64,000 bases of DNA from a bacterium (lineage in GTDB: Bacteria; Patescibacteriota; Minisyncoccia; Minisyncoccales; GWA2-46-15): positions 186,949 to 250,948 of the forward strand of contig JAUYAM010000002.1 of NCBI GenBank assembly GCA_030693425.1, in the 5' to 3' direction. Of the stretch, positions 38,766-47,689 are shown piece by piece. The notes under the pieces are model-generated. The model saw only the letters and a list, made by a program, of their open reading frames with translations. It had not been told where the DNA came from and ran no database searches. The position numbers and the translations under genes were made by a program. How positions within the stretch are numbered: the first letter of the stretch is position 1; each line of letters begins with the position of its first letter.

Positions 38766-38785
38766 TTGTCAAAACAAATTGACAA
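38766..38785. promoter_or_regulatory. 7-6-7 inverted repeat TTGTCAA-AACAAA-TTGACAA (operator-like), ~50 nt upstream of the small Cys/His protein gene
   Basis: Perfect dyad. The half-site TTGACA doubles as a -35-like hexamer on the coding strand. Confidence 0.4.
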
Positions 38786-39246
38786 CTTTCCAAGGACGGT
38801 TTGCTTCCGTGATACCACCTTGTTTTATCCCGCTATTGCTAGCAGAATCTTGTTAACCGACTCCCTTTGAATCGGCGTCCCTGTTTTTACGGTTGGGCTT
38901 CCGGCACAGCTCATCGCTGGCAGGTCTGGGGCGGGTTCTCCACCAATCGGCAGATACTATTCCCCTTCATTCCTTTTATTATGTTTTATTTATATCCCAA
39001 GCTACAAAATATGTCAAGATCTCTGGCAGATCAAAACCCGGTCTAAGTTCCGCTAAAATGAAAACTGAATCAATGTCACTCCACTGCTACGTAGCAGCAT
39101 ACTGACAAATTTGTTCTCCGGAATTCGTTGATTTCAGAAACGATCTCAGAAACGTATAATCAGAATTTTTTTGCAGATCTTTGAAAGCGACTAACACCAT
39201 CAGGACAATCAATTTTTGTTTTCGGGAAAAGTTTCGATTGCCTCAT

Positions 39247-40374
39247 TTAAAATATGTTTCTTATATCCTTTATGCTAACAAAAACCATCAGAATGATTAA
39301 GAGGCTGAAAAAGACAAAGGTTATCTTTTCTTCAAGCTTTTGGGAAACCGGCTTTTTCCTGATCGCCTCAATCCCTAAAAAGAAAAGCTTGCCGCCGTCA
39401 AATGCCGGTATTGGCAGGAGATTGATGACGGCGACATTGATCGACAGGAAACCGATCATCTGGAGAAAGTAGCTGGCGCCCATGGAAACCCCCTGTGACA
39501 GCAAACCAACGATGCCGATCGGACCGACCAGTTGAAGTCCGGTCGGAAGTCTGCGGAAAACCTGCCCCAGGCTCTTGGCATAAGTGACGATTACCAATTC
39601 CGTCACCCTGAAAGTGGCTTTTATTCCTTCAAATACGGATGAAAAAACGGGATAGCTTTTGAGCCCGGTCCTGGCCAAGCCGATTCCCAAAGCTCCTTGT
39701 CCGGACGGCGGAGATTCTCTTGGAATGGCCTCGGCTTCAAAAACTTTGCCGCCTCTTTTCAAAGACAAAACAATATTCTTACCTCTGGCGGCGTCGATGA
39801 ATTCCTGAACCTCTTTTACCTTATTGACGGTAATCTCTGCGCTCTCTGATTTGAGGCCGAGGATAATGTCTCCGGCTTTGAGGCCGGCTTGACTGGCCGG
39901 GCTCCCGGCCGAAACCGAAGTAATTTGGACTTTTGTTTCGGGAACCCCGGTTTCCGAATCACCGATCGCTGTCGGAGCCCCGATCATGAAAACTATTGAA
40001 AACAAAACTGCTGCCACCAGCCAGAAAAAAGCGGCTCCGTTGAAAATAATCAAAGCTCTTTGCCACAAAGGCTTGGCAGAAAACGAGGAGGGGTCGGTTC
40101 GGTCTTGTTCGGATATCCTGACGAAAGCGCCGAAGGGCAAAAGGTTCAGAGAATAGACAGTCTCCCCTATTTTCTTACCGAAAATCCTGGGCGGATAACC
40201 AAAGCCGAACTCTTCGACCCTGACGCCAAACTTCCTGGCAGTCAAAAAATGGCCCAGTTCGTGCAGGGAAACGAGAATAATTAGACTAATAAAAGAAATA
40301 AAAATAGTGATAAACATGTTAGTTAAGAAGCGAGGCGACAAGTTTTCAGACAACTTTCGCAGGCGACTTAGCAC
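39247..40374 (-). CDS. rseP: RIP zinc metalloprotease (site-2 protease RseP family)
   Basis: HELGHF (HExxH), a PDZ domain and LLPIPAFDGG. The true start may be the ATG at 40317 (MFITIF...). Confidence 0.88.
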   Translation of the reverse strand: MLSRLRKLSENLSPRFLTNMFITIFISFISLIILVSLHELGHFLTARKFGVRVEEFGFGYPPRIFGKKIGETVYSLNLLPFGAFVRISEQDRTDPSSFSAKPLWQRALIIFNGAAFFWLVAAVLFSIVFMIGAPTAIGDSETGVPETKVQITSVSAGSPASQAGLKAGDIILGLKSESAEITVNKVKEVQEFIDAARGKNIVLSLKRGGKVFEAEAIPRESPPSGQGALGIGLARTGLKSYPVFSSVFEGIKATFRVTELVIVTYAKSLGQVFRRLPTGLQLVGPIGIVGLLSQGVSMGASYFLQMIGFLSINVAVINLLPIPAFDGGKLFFLGIEAIRKKPVSQKLEEKITFVFFSLLIILMVFVSIKDIRNIF

Positions 40375-40476
40375 GGTTCCTGAGCAAAGCGAAGGATAAG
40401 TCGCCGAGAATGTAGATAGTCCCGAATCGCTGGATGAGGGAACTATCGGTGTCTGAAAAACTTCGTTGCCGAGCGA
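40375..40476 (-). other. structured intercistronic spacer (nested inverted repeats) between frr and rseP
   Basis: Outer IR TTCAGACA/TGTCTGAA and inner IR GCGACTTA/TAAGTCGC. Confidence 0.35.
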
Positions 40477-41034
40477 TTACTCCATCACTTCCTTTTTCTT
40501 CCTTTCGCCCATTTCCTCGATCTTTTCGTTGTGCTTTTTGACCAATTTGTCCAGCTCTTCCTTGCCTCTGAATTTGTCATCCTCTCTTATTAAGCCCTCT
40601 CTTTCGCCTTCCTGGATTTCCTTCCAAATGCGGTCCCTGATCTTTCTAATCATGATTCTCCGCTCTTCCATTTTCTCAGAAAGCATCTTTATAAAGTTTT
40701 CCCGCGATTCTTCGGTCAGGGGCGGCAGCGAAATCCGGATCAATGTTCTCTCAGCCAGAACCCCCGATCCTATGGAAGATTTTGCCAAAGCGGCCAGGAT
40801 CGGATCTACGTAAGATATGTCCCAGGGCTGGATAATGATCTCTTTTGGACTGGCAGCCGAAACGACCGCCAGCTGCTTTATGGAAAACTCCTGGCCAAAG
40901 CAGCCGACCTTCAGATCGGCGACCAAGGACGGATCAGCTCTTCCGGTTCTTATTTTGCTCATCTCCTCTGCGAGATAACTGACTATCTGGTCGAGCTCGG
41001 GAGTCACTCTTTTTAAGATTTCTTGGCTGGTCAT
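40477..41034 (-). CDS. frr: ribosome recycling factor
   Basis: 185 aa with a typical RRF sequence (VSAASPKEIIIQPWD...). Confidence 0.92.
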   Translation of the reverse strand: MTSQEILKRVTPELDQIVSYLAEEMSKIRTGRADPSLVADLKVGCFGQEFSIKQLAVVSAASPKEIIIQPWDISYVDPILAALAKSSIGSGVLAERTLIRISLPPLTEESRENFIKMLSEKMEERRIMIRKIRDRIWKEIQEGEREGLIREDDKFRGKEELDKLVKKHNEKIEEMGERKKKEVME

Positions 41035-41050
41035 TTTGAAAAGATTTGTT

Positions 41051-42025
41051 TTAAAATAGTTCTAAAACCGAATTCTCCATAACCAATCTGGCGTTGGCGT
41101 TGGTTCTCAGCAAAAGGTAATTCGCCTTGTCTAGAGAATCAATAAAGTTCCTGATCTTGGCTAAAGGGATATGGCTGGCCTTCTGAAAAAACTTCTTTCC
41201 TGCTTCGGTCATCGCTTCCTCTCTCACGACTCCCATTCTCGCCAAAAGAACTAATCTAAGCGGGTTCAGCCAGGCTTCCAAAGCCTCGGTGACGTTTCCG
41301 CCGTCTCCGGCGATCTCTCCGATCTTTTTAAACCAGGGGGCCAGATCTCTGGCAAGCAGGTTTCCAAAGCTCTCGAGCTTCTCCTCTTCTGCGGCCAGCT
41401 TTTCCTTCGCCAAGAGATCCAGAGCCTTCAACGGCCTGCCGAAAGAAAAAAAGCTTATTTTCTTGGCCAGCGCCTGGCTCGCTCCCTTGGCTGTCAAAAG
41501 GCCGACTATCTCCTTTTCCGACAACGGGTAGAACCTTATCTCCTGCAGCCTCGAAGCGATTGTCGGCAGCAAAAACTCCGGATAATCGCTGATCAGAATC
41601 AAGAGAGCGTCGCCCCTCGGCTCTTCCAAGGTTTTCAAGAGAGCCGACTGGGCTGCCAGAGAAAACTTTTGGAACTGGTCAATGACGGCTACCTTGAAAC
41701 CCCCTAGGCCGGGCTTAAAGCTCAGCCATTTTGTCAAATCTCTGACCGAATTGATGCCGCTTTCCTCATCGCTCGGCTTTGCCTCGAGATAGAGAAAATC
41801 TGGATGGCAGTTCTTTTCCGTTTCCTGGCAGCAAAGGCATTTTCCGCAAGGCCTTCCGCCGGAATTCTCGGCTTTGCAGTTTGCCAGCCTTGCCAGCTCA
41901 AAAGCTATTTCTTTTTTGCCCAGCTGGGATTTTCCCGAAAACAAATAGGCGTGGGAGAGCTTTCCTAAACTTTCTGATTTCTTCAAGAGCAACCATTGTT
42001 TCTGATGACCAAAAAAATTCGCCAT
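41051..42025 (-). CDS. holB: DNA polymerase III delta' subunit
   Basis: AAA+ P-loop-like HAYLFSGKSQLGKK and a zinc module CGKCLCCQ. Confidence 0.85.
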   Translation of the reverse strand: MANFFGHQKQWLLLKKSESLGKLSHAYLFSGKSQLGKKEIAFELARLANCKAENSGGRPCGKCLCCQETEKNCHPDFLYLEAKPSDEESGINSVRDLTKWLSFKPGLGGFKVAVIDQFQKFSLAAQSALLKTLEEPRGDALLILISDYPEFLLPTIASRLQEIRFYPLSEKEIVGLLTAKGASQALAKKISFFSFGRPLKALDLLAKEKLAAEEEKLESFGNLLARDLAPWFKKIGEIAGDGGNVTEALEAWLNPLRLVLLARMGVVREEAMTEAGKKFFQKASHIPLAKIRNFIDSLDKANYLLLRTNANARLVMENSVLELF

Positions 42026-42180
42026 GCCCCGTAGGAAATTAAATATCTTCTGTAGTTAAAATGTTTAAGCTTTCATATATCATAAGGCGTTGTTTGAAAA
42101 TAGTTAAAGGGGTTTTAAGATGAAGATATTTCGCTTCCTGAAAATTCCACGAAAACCCCTGTGTTTTCCTACGGGGCATG
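42023..42180. mobile_element. ~158-nt MITE-like element with 16-bp terminal inverted repeats (CATGCCCCGTAGGAAA ... TTTCCTACGGGGCATG) in the mreB2–holB spacer
   Basis: The terminal IRs are exact reverse complements and the interior is AT-rich. The left end supplies the ATG of holB. Related ends recur at 43307-43462. Confidence 0.5.
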
Positions 42181-42188
42181 CCCCAATT

Positions 42189-43199
42189 TTACCTCTTGCT
42201 CATAAGAGTCTTTTTATAAACGTCGAGGTTTTCGGCGACAACTCCAGTTCCCTTGGCGACGCACAACAGAGGCTCGTCGGCGACAAAACAAGGAACTCCT
42301 ATGGATTTTTCTATCAGCTGGTCGAAGTTTCTTAAAAGGGCTCCGCCTCCGGACAGAACGATACCTCCGTCGATAACGTCGGCAGACAGTTCCGGCGGGG
42401 TGTCTCTCAAAACCTGCTTAATAGTCTGAATTATTTCCATCAGGACGTCGCTGATGGCGGCACAAACCTCGTTGGAAGAAACTTTTACTGTTTTTGGCAG
42501 CCCCAGGAGCAGGTCCCGTCCCCGGACCTGCATGATTTTTTCCTCTTTTTCGGGCAGGGCCGTGCCGATGTTCATTTTTATCTGTTCGGCCGTCTGCTCG
42601 CCGATGGCCAGATTGTGCTTTTCTTTGATGTAATTGGCAATGGCTTCGTCTATCTTGTCTCCGGCCACCCTGATCGATCCCCAGTTAACTATTCCCCCCA
42701 GGGAAATGACCGCCATTTCAGCGGTTCCCCCGCCGATGTCAACGATCATGTGCCCGGAAGAAGTATTAATGGGAATGCCGGCTCCTATGGCAGCCAGAAT
42801 CGGTTCCTTGACGATATAGACGGCTTTGGCTCCGGCGTTGATCCCGGCTTCAATGACGGCTCTTCTTTCGGTCGAGGTGATCCCAGCCGGGACGCCGATA
42901 ATCAACTCTGGTTTGAAAAACTTGGCCAGCTTGCTGGTCCTTTCAATGAAATATCTGAGCATTGCCTGAGTCACTCTGAAATCAGCGATGACTCCGTCTT
43001 TCAAGGGCCGGTAAACCTTGAGGGTGTCCGGAGTCTTGCCGAGCATTTCCTTAGCTTCCCTGCCGACAGCCATAATTTTGTTCTCTAAAAGAGAAACCGC
43101 CACCACCGAAGGCTCCTGTAAAATCACTCCTTTTGGGGGAGCAAAAACCACCGAGTTGCAGGTGCCAAGATCAATGCCGATTTTCCTTGCCAGAAACAT
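42189..43199 (-). CDS. MreB-family actin homologue (second paralogue)
   Basis: IGIDLGTCNSVVF... 336 aa, paralogous to the mreB at 35619. Confidence 0.88.
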   Translation of the reverse strand: MFLARKIGIDLGTCNSVVFAPPKGVILQEPSVVAVSLLENKIMAVGREAKEMLGKTPDTLKVYRPLKDGVIADFRVTQAMLRYFIERTSKLAKFFKPELIIGVPAGITSTERRAVIEAGINAGAKAVYIVKEPILAAIGAGIPINTSSGHMIVDIGGGTAEMAVISLGGIVNWGSIRVAGDKIDEAIANYIKEKHNLAIGEQTAEQIKMNIGTALPEKEEKIMQVRGRDLLLGLPKTVKVSSNEVCAAISDVLMEIIQTIKQVLRDTPPELSADVIDGGIVLSGGGALLRNFDQLIEKSIGVPCFVADEPLLCVAKGTGVVAENLDVYKKTLMSKR

Positions 43200-43306
43200 A
43201 TTAACCCAGGTTTTTTTAAGAATAATGCTTATTCATCTTAACCAAAAAACGAGTTTTGGTCAAACATACTTGGCAGAAAAGCTGTTTCGTCTTAGAATAA
43301 TATAAT

Positions 43307-43459
43307 ATGCCCCGTAGAGGATTTTCGAAACGGCATTATGCTTATATTTTTCAAGGCCTAAAAGACAAAAATTTCTATGTTGGCTACACGCAAAATCTGC
43401 CAAAAAGATTACATCAATATAATGCCAAAAAAATATTATTCGAAATTCTCATACGGGGT
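43307..43459 (+). pseudogene. GIY-YIG nuclease (UPF0213/YazA-like) N-terminal fragment, truncated and read through into the next gene; flanked by ATGCCCCGTA/TACGGGGTAT inverted repeats
   Basis: RHYAYIFQGLKDKNFYVGYTQNLPKRLHQYNAKK matches the GIY-YIG first half. There is no second half. The ends repeat the TIR motif of the 42023-42180 element. Confidence 0.6.
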
Positions 43460-44839
43460 ATGACCAAAAGAACGAGAACTTTCCTTTTTCTGATTTGCCT
43501 GGCCATTTTTCTGGTTGTTTCCCCCGCTGTTATCTTCTACAGCCAGGGTTATCGCTTTGATTTCAAAAGTAGAAAGCTGACCAAAACCGGAGCCTTTTAT
43601 TTCAAAACCCAGCCCAAAAGCTGCGAGGTTTTTATCAATGGTAAACCAATCAAGGAAAAAACAGATTTCCTTTTCGGAACGATTCTCGTCGAAAACCTGC
43701 TGCCTGGAAGATATCCTGTCGAGATCAAAAAAGGAGGCTATCTTCCTTGGAAGAAGAATCTCGACGTTGAGGCGACGATGACGACCGAAGCAAAGAATAT
43801 CGTTCTCTTCCCGGAAAACATCAGTTTTCAGATCCTGACAACCGGCACAGAAAGTATTTTCTCAGCTCCGTCAGCCAGAAAAACTATTCTTAAAAAAAGA
43901 GATTCTCAGGGTTGGTATCTGACCGTTCTTAACCTCGAAAGCAATTTCGAAGAACTCCTTATTCGGGAAAAAGATCTCCGGAAGAAAACCGATTTCCTTA
44001 ATCTAGAATGGTCTAACGATTCTAGAGCCCTGATTATCAAGGCCTCTCTGGGCGAGCAGGAAAAGTTTTTCTTTGTCGATACCGAAAAAAAACCGGCCAG
44101 CCCGATTTCCCTCGACTATTTGGGAAGTTTTGACAAAATCGGTTTTGACCCGCAGGACAGCCGCCGATTCATCTTTCTGAGGCAGGAAAGTCTTTTTTCG
44201 GGGGGTCTAGCCTCGAAAGAAACTTTAGAAATTGCCAAAAAAGTCGTTGATTTTGAATCCGGCCAGAGAAAACTCTACATCTTAGAAAACACCGGTTTTG
44301 TTTTTGAGATCGACAACCTCGCTATTCCAAAAAAACAGGTTCTCCAGGAAACTCCTTTTGAGATAAAACTCGAAACTCCCTATAGCCTCGAAGTTTCCAG
44401 AAAAAACGTCTTTCTTGGACAAGAAGACCGCCTTTTCTGGTTTGACGAAAAAACGAGAAACTTTGCCGAAGTCGGCGCCAATATAAAGGGTTTTGCGGTT
44501 TCCCAGGATGAAACGAAACTTATTTTCTACAACAATTCTGAAGCCTGGGTTTACTTCCTGAAAGATAAAGCCGATCAGCCGGCTCGAAAATACAAAGACA
44601 GTTTTTTGCTGGCAAGGATGAAAGATCAGATCGGTCAGGTTCTCTGGCTAGACAACGACCACGTCTTGTTCTCTGCCGGAAACAAATTAAGAGTCATTGA
44701 AATCGATAACCGCGACCAAACCAACTTCGCAGACATCGGCGAATTCAATAACCCGGAGATATTTTTTAATAGCAATAGTAAAAAAGCTTTAGTGCTGACC
44801 GAAGGCAATCTCTATATCTCTTCTGCAATCCTGCCCTAG
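43460..44839 (+). CDS. membrane-anchored PEGA-domain protein (hypothetical)
   Basis: MTKRTRTFLFLICLAIFLVV is a TM helix. A PEGA-like segment follows (CEVFINGKPIKEK...LLPGRYPVEIKKGGYLPW), then a long beta-rich region. Confidence 0.65.
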   Translation: MTKRTRTFLFLICLAIFLVVSPAVIFYSQGYRFDFKSRKLTKTGAFYFKTQPKSCEVFINGKPIKEKTDFLFGTILVENLLPGRYPVEIKKGGYLPWKKNLDVEATMTTEAKNIVLFPENISFQILTTGTESIFSAPSARKTILKKRDSQGWYLTVLNLESNFEELLIREKDLRKKTDFLNLEWSNDSRALIIKASLGEQEKFFFVDTEKKPASPISLDYLGSFDKIGFDPQDSRRFIFLRQESLFSGGLASKETLEIAKKVVDFESGQRKLYILENTGFVFEIDNLAIPKKQVLQETPFEIKLETPYSLEVSRKNVFLGQEDRLFWFDEKTRNFAEVGANIKGFAVSQDETKLIFYNNSEAWVYFLKDKADQPARKYKDSFLLARMKDQIGQVLWLDNDHVLFSAGNKLRVIEIDNRDQTNFADIGEFNNPEIFFNSNSKKALVLTEGNLYISSAILP

Positions 44840-45531
44840 AGGAAGCTTTGCTGAGACTCCAATTTCCTTTTAAACTCTTTCCAGGGCATCTCGCTGGCGA
44901 GAGCCTGTTTGCAAATTTCCTTGAACTGGCAGAATTGGCATTCCTTGTCTGACGGAAAATCCGAGAGCCTCTTAGGAATAATGTTTTTGTCGATCTTGTC
45001 TTTGAGAAGATCTAACTCTTTCAAAAGCTTTTCCGATCTCTGGCGGTCGTAGATGACGATGAACTCTTTCAGCTCCTGGGTATCCTTGTTGACGTAAAGG
45101 AGAATCCCCTTTTTGATGCTGAAAAAGTGCAGGTAGAGCTGAAGCTGATTGACATTGTCATCCTTGGGCTGGTTTAAATTCTTGAAAAGAAAGCTGTTGA
45201 TCGATTTTATATCCAAGACGTAAAGCTCATTTTCCCAGCTCAAAATCGCGTCGGCCCTCCCGGAAATGACTTTTTGCGGCGGGGTGCCGATCTCTGCAGA
45301 CCTAACCAGCCCCAAACTAAAAAGAGTGTTCAGTATCAGGCGGTGGATGTAGTCGCCGTGGTCAAACATCCTTAAAACCCGAGCGTCAATGTCTTCTTTG
45401 GGAGCTTTCTTGAACTTAAAAAAAATCGACCGGGGGCATTTGCCGGCATCGGTGATATAGAACCTGGTTTGATCTTTATTCTTGGATCTTTCCCGATCCA
45501 AGTAGAATTTATCGATGAGCTCTTTTAACAT
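44836..45531 (-). CDS. Cas4-like PD-(D/E)XK nuclease with a Cys4 Fe-S motif (standalone)
   Basis: N-terminal GKCPRSIFFKF (the Cas4/RecB CPR motif). ADAIL...LDIKS is a D...DxK catalytic motif. C-terminal CQFCQFKEIC is CX2CX5C. Confidence 0.75.
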   Translation of the reverse strand: MLKELIDKFYLDRERSKNKDQTRFYITDAGKCPRSIFFKFKKAPKEDIDARVLRMFDHGDYIHRLILNTLFSLGLVRSAEIGTPPQKVISGRADAILSWENELYVLDIKSINSFLFKNLNQPKDDNVNQLQLYLHFFSIKKGILLYVNKDTQELKEFIVIYDRQRSEKLLKELDLLKDKIDKNIIPKRLSDFPSDKECQFCQFKEICKQALASEMPWKEFKRKLESQQSFL

Positions 45532-45708
45532 TTAAGGAAAGAGGGTTTGAGACTGCAGTATCTTGACCAGGATAATGAAAACTATCACCCCGATAGTGGC
45601 GGCTAAGCCAAACTCAATCGGTTTACATCTGCCTCCAACATTGCAAACGAGCCAGCCCAAAAATAGGCAGATGAAGAAGGCGACGACAACGAAGATTGGT
45701 CCAAACAT
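45532..45708 (-). CDS. small 2-TM membrane protein (58 aa), immediately downstream of rpsI (not in the ORF track)
   Basis: ATG 10 nt after the rpsI stop. MFGPIFVVVAFFICLFLGWLVCNVGGRCKPIEFGLAATIGVIVFIILVKILQSQTLFP. Confidence 0.35.
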   Translation of the reverse strand: MFGPIFVVVAFFICLFLGWLVCNVGGRCKPIEFGLAATIGVIVFIILVKILQSQTLFP

Positions 45709-45718
45709 ATTGGGAAGA

Positions 45719-46204
45719 TTATCTTTTTCTCCATTGGGGAGCTCTCCTGGCTCTTTTTAAACCGAACTTCTTGCGCTCGCGCATTCTCGGGTCCCTAGTC
45801 AGGTATCCGAGCTTCCTTAGTATTTTATAAGCTTGATCGGTCAATTTTACAAGAGCTCGGCCCGATCCCAGCCTGATTGCTTCTGCCTGGGCCTTGATGC
45901 CGCCGCCGCCAACCCGGATTTCGGCTCTCAAACTCTTTGGATACTTTATGCTGGCTAAACTGCTTTGAGCCAGTTTCTGCAAAGCCAAAGTCGGAAAATA
46001 CTGCCGGAAGTCTTTGCCGTTGACTGACATCCCATCCTTTGTCCCCGGATAAAGTCTGACTCTGGCGACGGCGGTTTTTCTTCTGCCGATCCCTTCAAAA
46101 TATTCATCAGGAGCTTTGGCAGGCTCATTTTTAGCCTTAACTCTTTTCGCCACCGCCTTTTTTTTAACCGGGGCTTTGGTTTTTACCTTGTCCTTGGCTG
46201 TCAT
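45719..46204 (-). CDS. rpsI: 30S ribosomal protein S9 (K-rich N-terminal extension)
   Basis: GRRKTAVARVRL... and the C-terminal ...RRAPQWRKR. Confidence 0.92.
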   Translation of the reverse strand: MTAKDKVKTKAPVKKKAVAKRVKAKNEPAKAPDEYFEGIGRRKTAVARVRLYPGTKDGMSVNGKDFRQYFPTLALQKLAQSSLASIKYPKSLRAEIRVGGGGIKAQAEAIRLGSGRALVKLTDQAYKILRKLGYLTRDPRMRERKKFGLKRARRAPQWRKR

Positions 46205-46548
46205 TTCTCAAACTTTAGGTTCTTAATGATTTTTTGGCTCAGTTTGTTGCCGGGAAGCATGCCGATGACTGCTCTCTGCAAAACGTCTTCGGGCCTTGTT
46301 TCAAAAACCTTCTTCAGAGAAGTATGTTTTTCCCCGCCGGGGTAGCCCGAATGGGAAAAATAGGTTTTCTGGTCTTTCTTTTTTCCGGTAATCAAGATCT
46401 TGTCAGCGTTTTTGACAATGACAACGTTCCCGCTCTCTTTGTAGGGAAGGAAGCTTGCCTCTTGTTTGCCCCTCAAAAGCAGGGCGATCTGGCTGGCCAG
46501 TCTTCCCAAAGGCTTGCCGCTGGCATCGATAGTGTGGATTTTGTTCAT
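46201..46548 (-). CDS. rplM: 50S ribosomal protein L13
   Basis: IDASGKPLGRLASQIALLLRGK matches L13. Confidence 0.92.
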   Translation of the reverse strand: MNKIHTIDASGKPLGRLASQIALLLRGKQEASFLPYKESGNVVIVKNADKILITGKKKDQKTYFSHSGYPGGEKHTSLKKVFETRPEDVLQRAVIGMLPGNKLSQKIIKNLKFEK

Positions 46549-46551
46549 GAC

Positions 46552-46899
46552 TTAGACTAGCTCGATTATCGCCATTTCGGCGCCGTCAGAATTTCTAGGT
46601 CCCAATTTAAGAATTCTGGTGTAGCCTCCCTGCCTCTGCTGATAGCGCGGAGCGATGGTTTTTGAAATCTTGGCAACCGCCCTGTCCGTAAAAATCTCTG
46701 ACAGAATCCTCTTAGATTTTAAATCCTGTTTTTTGGCGATAGTAACCGCCTTTTCCATAAAAGAGGACAGTTCTTTGGCTTTGGCCTTAGTCGTCCTGAT
46801 CTTTTCTTTGAAAATCAGGCTGGTAGCCAAAGTTCTCAGCAGCGCCTGACGCTGGCCTGTTTTTCTCGACAGTTTTCGGCCTTTCTTGAGCTTTCTCAT
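46552..46899 (-). CDS. rplQ: 50S ribosomal protein L17
   Basis: MRKLKKGRKLSRKTGQRQALLR... and GGYTRILKLGPR. Confidence 0.92.
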   Translation of the reverse strand: MRKLKKGRKLSRKTGQRQALLRTLATSLIFKEKIRTTKAKAKELSSFMEKAVTIAKKQDLKSKRILSEIFTDRAVAKISKTIAPRYQQRQGGYTRILKLGPRNSDGAEMAIIELV

Positions 46900-46907
46900 G
46901 GCAAAAA

Positions 46908-47687
46908 TTATTTCTTCTTGGGTTTCTTCTTTGGTTTAGACGCCTTCTTGGCTTTCTTAGAAACCGGTTTTCCCGGCTTCTTTGCCTTCGGCTTTTCGTC
47001 TTCGGCTTTAAAACTCTGGTTGATCAGGGAAAAATGGTCGACTAGGATTTGGCTTGCCTGAAACAAAGCTTGTTGCGGGGAGATGGTGCCGTCGGTCTGA
47101 ACGTCCAGAATTAATTTGTCAAAATCGGTTCTTTCTCCGACTCGCATATTCTCCACCTGAAAGCCGACTTTGACAACCGGGGTGAAGATTGAATCGACTA
47201 GGATCTCGCCGACGTTCAGCTTCTCCCTTTTTCTTTTTTCTCTGGGCAGATAACCTATGCCTTTTTCGACTTCGATTTCCATTTCCAGTTCGGCTGATTT
47301 CGCGGTCAGGCTGGCGATGTGCTCCTCCTTGTTGACCAGCTCCATCTGCGAAGGGATTTCGACATCCTTTCCCTTGACGTCTTTTTCGCCTCTGACTTTC
47401 AGGATGGCCTTTTGAGGTTCGTCGGAAAACATCTTGAATCTCAGTTTTTTTAAGTTCAGCATAATCTGGATGACGTCCTCAAAAACTCCGGGGATGGTTG
47501 AAAACTCGTGGGCAACCCCTTTGATCCTCATCTTGGCCACCGCCGCTCCCGGCAGAGACGAAATCAGGACCCTTCTTAAGCTGTTGCCGACGGTAACCCC
47601 GTAGCCGGGGTAAAGGGCTTCAATCTCAAATACGGCCCGGTTGTCTTTTTCGGAAACGACTTTTGGTTTTGAGAATAGAGGTATCAT
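46908..47687 (-). CDS. rpoA: DNA-directed RNA polymerase alpha subunit, NTD only, with a K-rich tail replacing the alpha-CTD
   Basis: 259 aa. The alpha-NTD motifs are present ([21 protein letters not shown]-like). The protein ends ...[28 protein letters not shown] and has no alpha-CTD helix-hairpin-helix. Confidence 0.88.
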   Translation of the reverse strand: [259 protein letters not shown]

Positions 47688-47689
47688 AT

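Noticed and set aside
45563-45760. Plus-strand 65-aa ORF from the ORF track
   Set aside because: Low-complexity, Pro/Ser-rich and non-protein-like. The opposite strand encodes a more plausible 58-aa 2-TM peptide coupled to rpsI.
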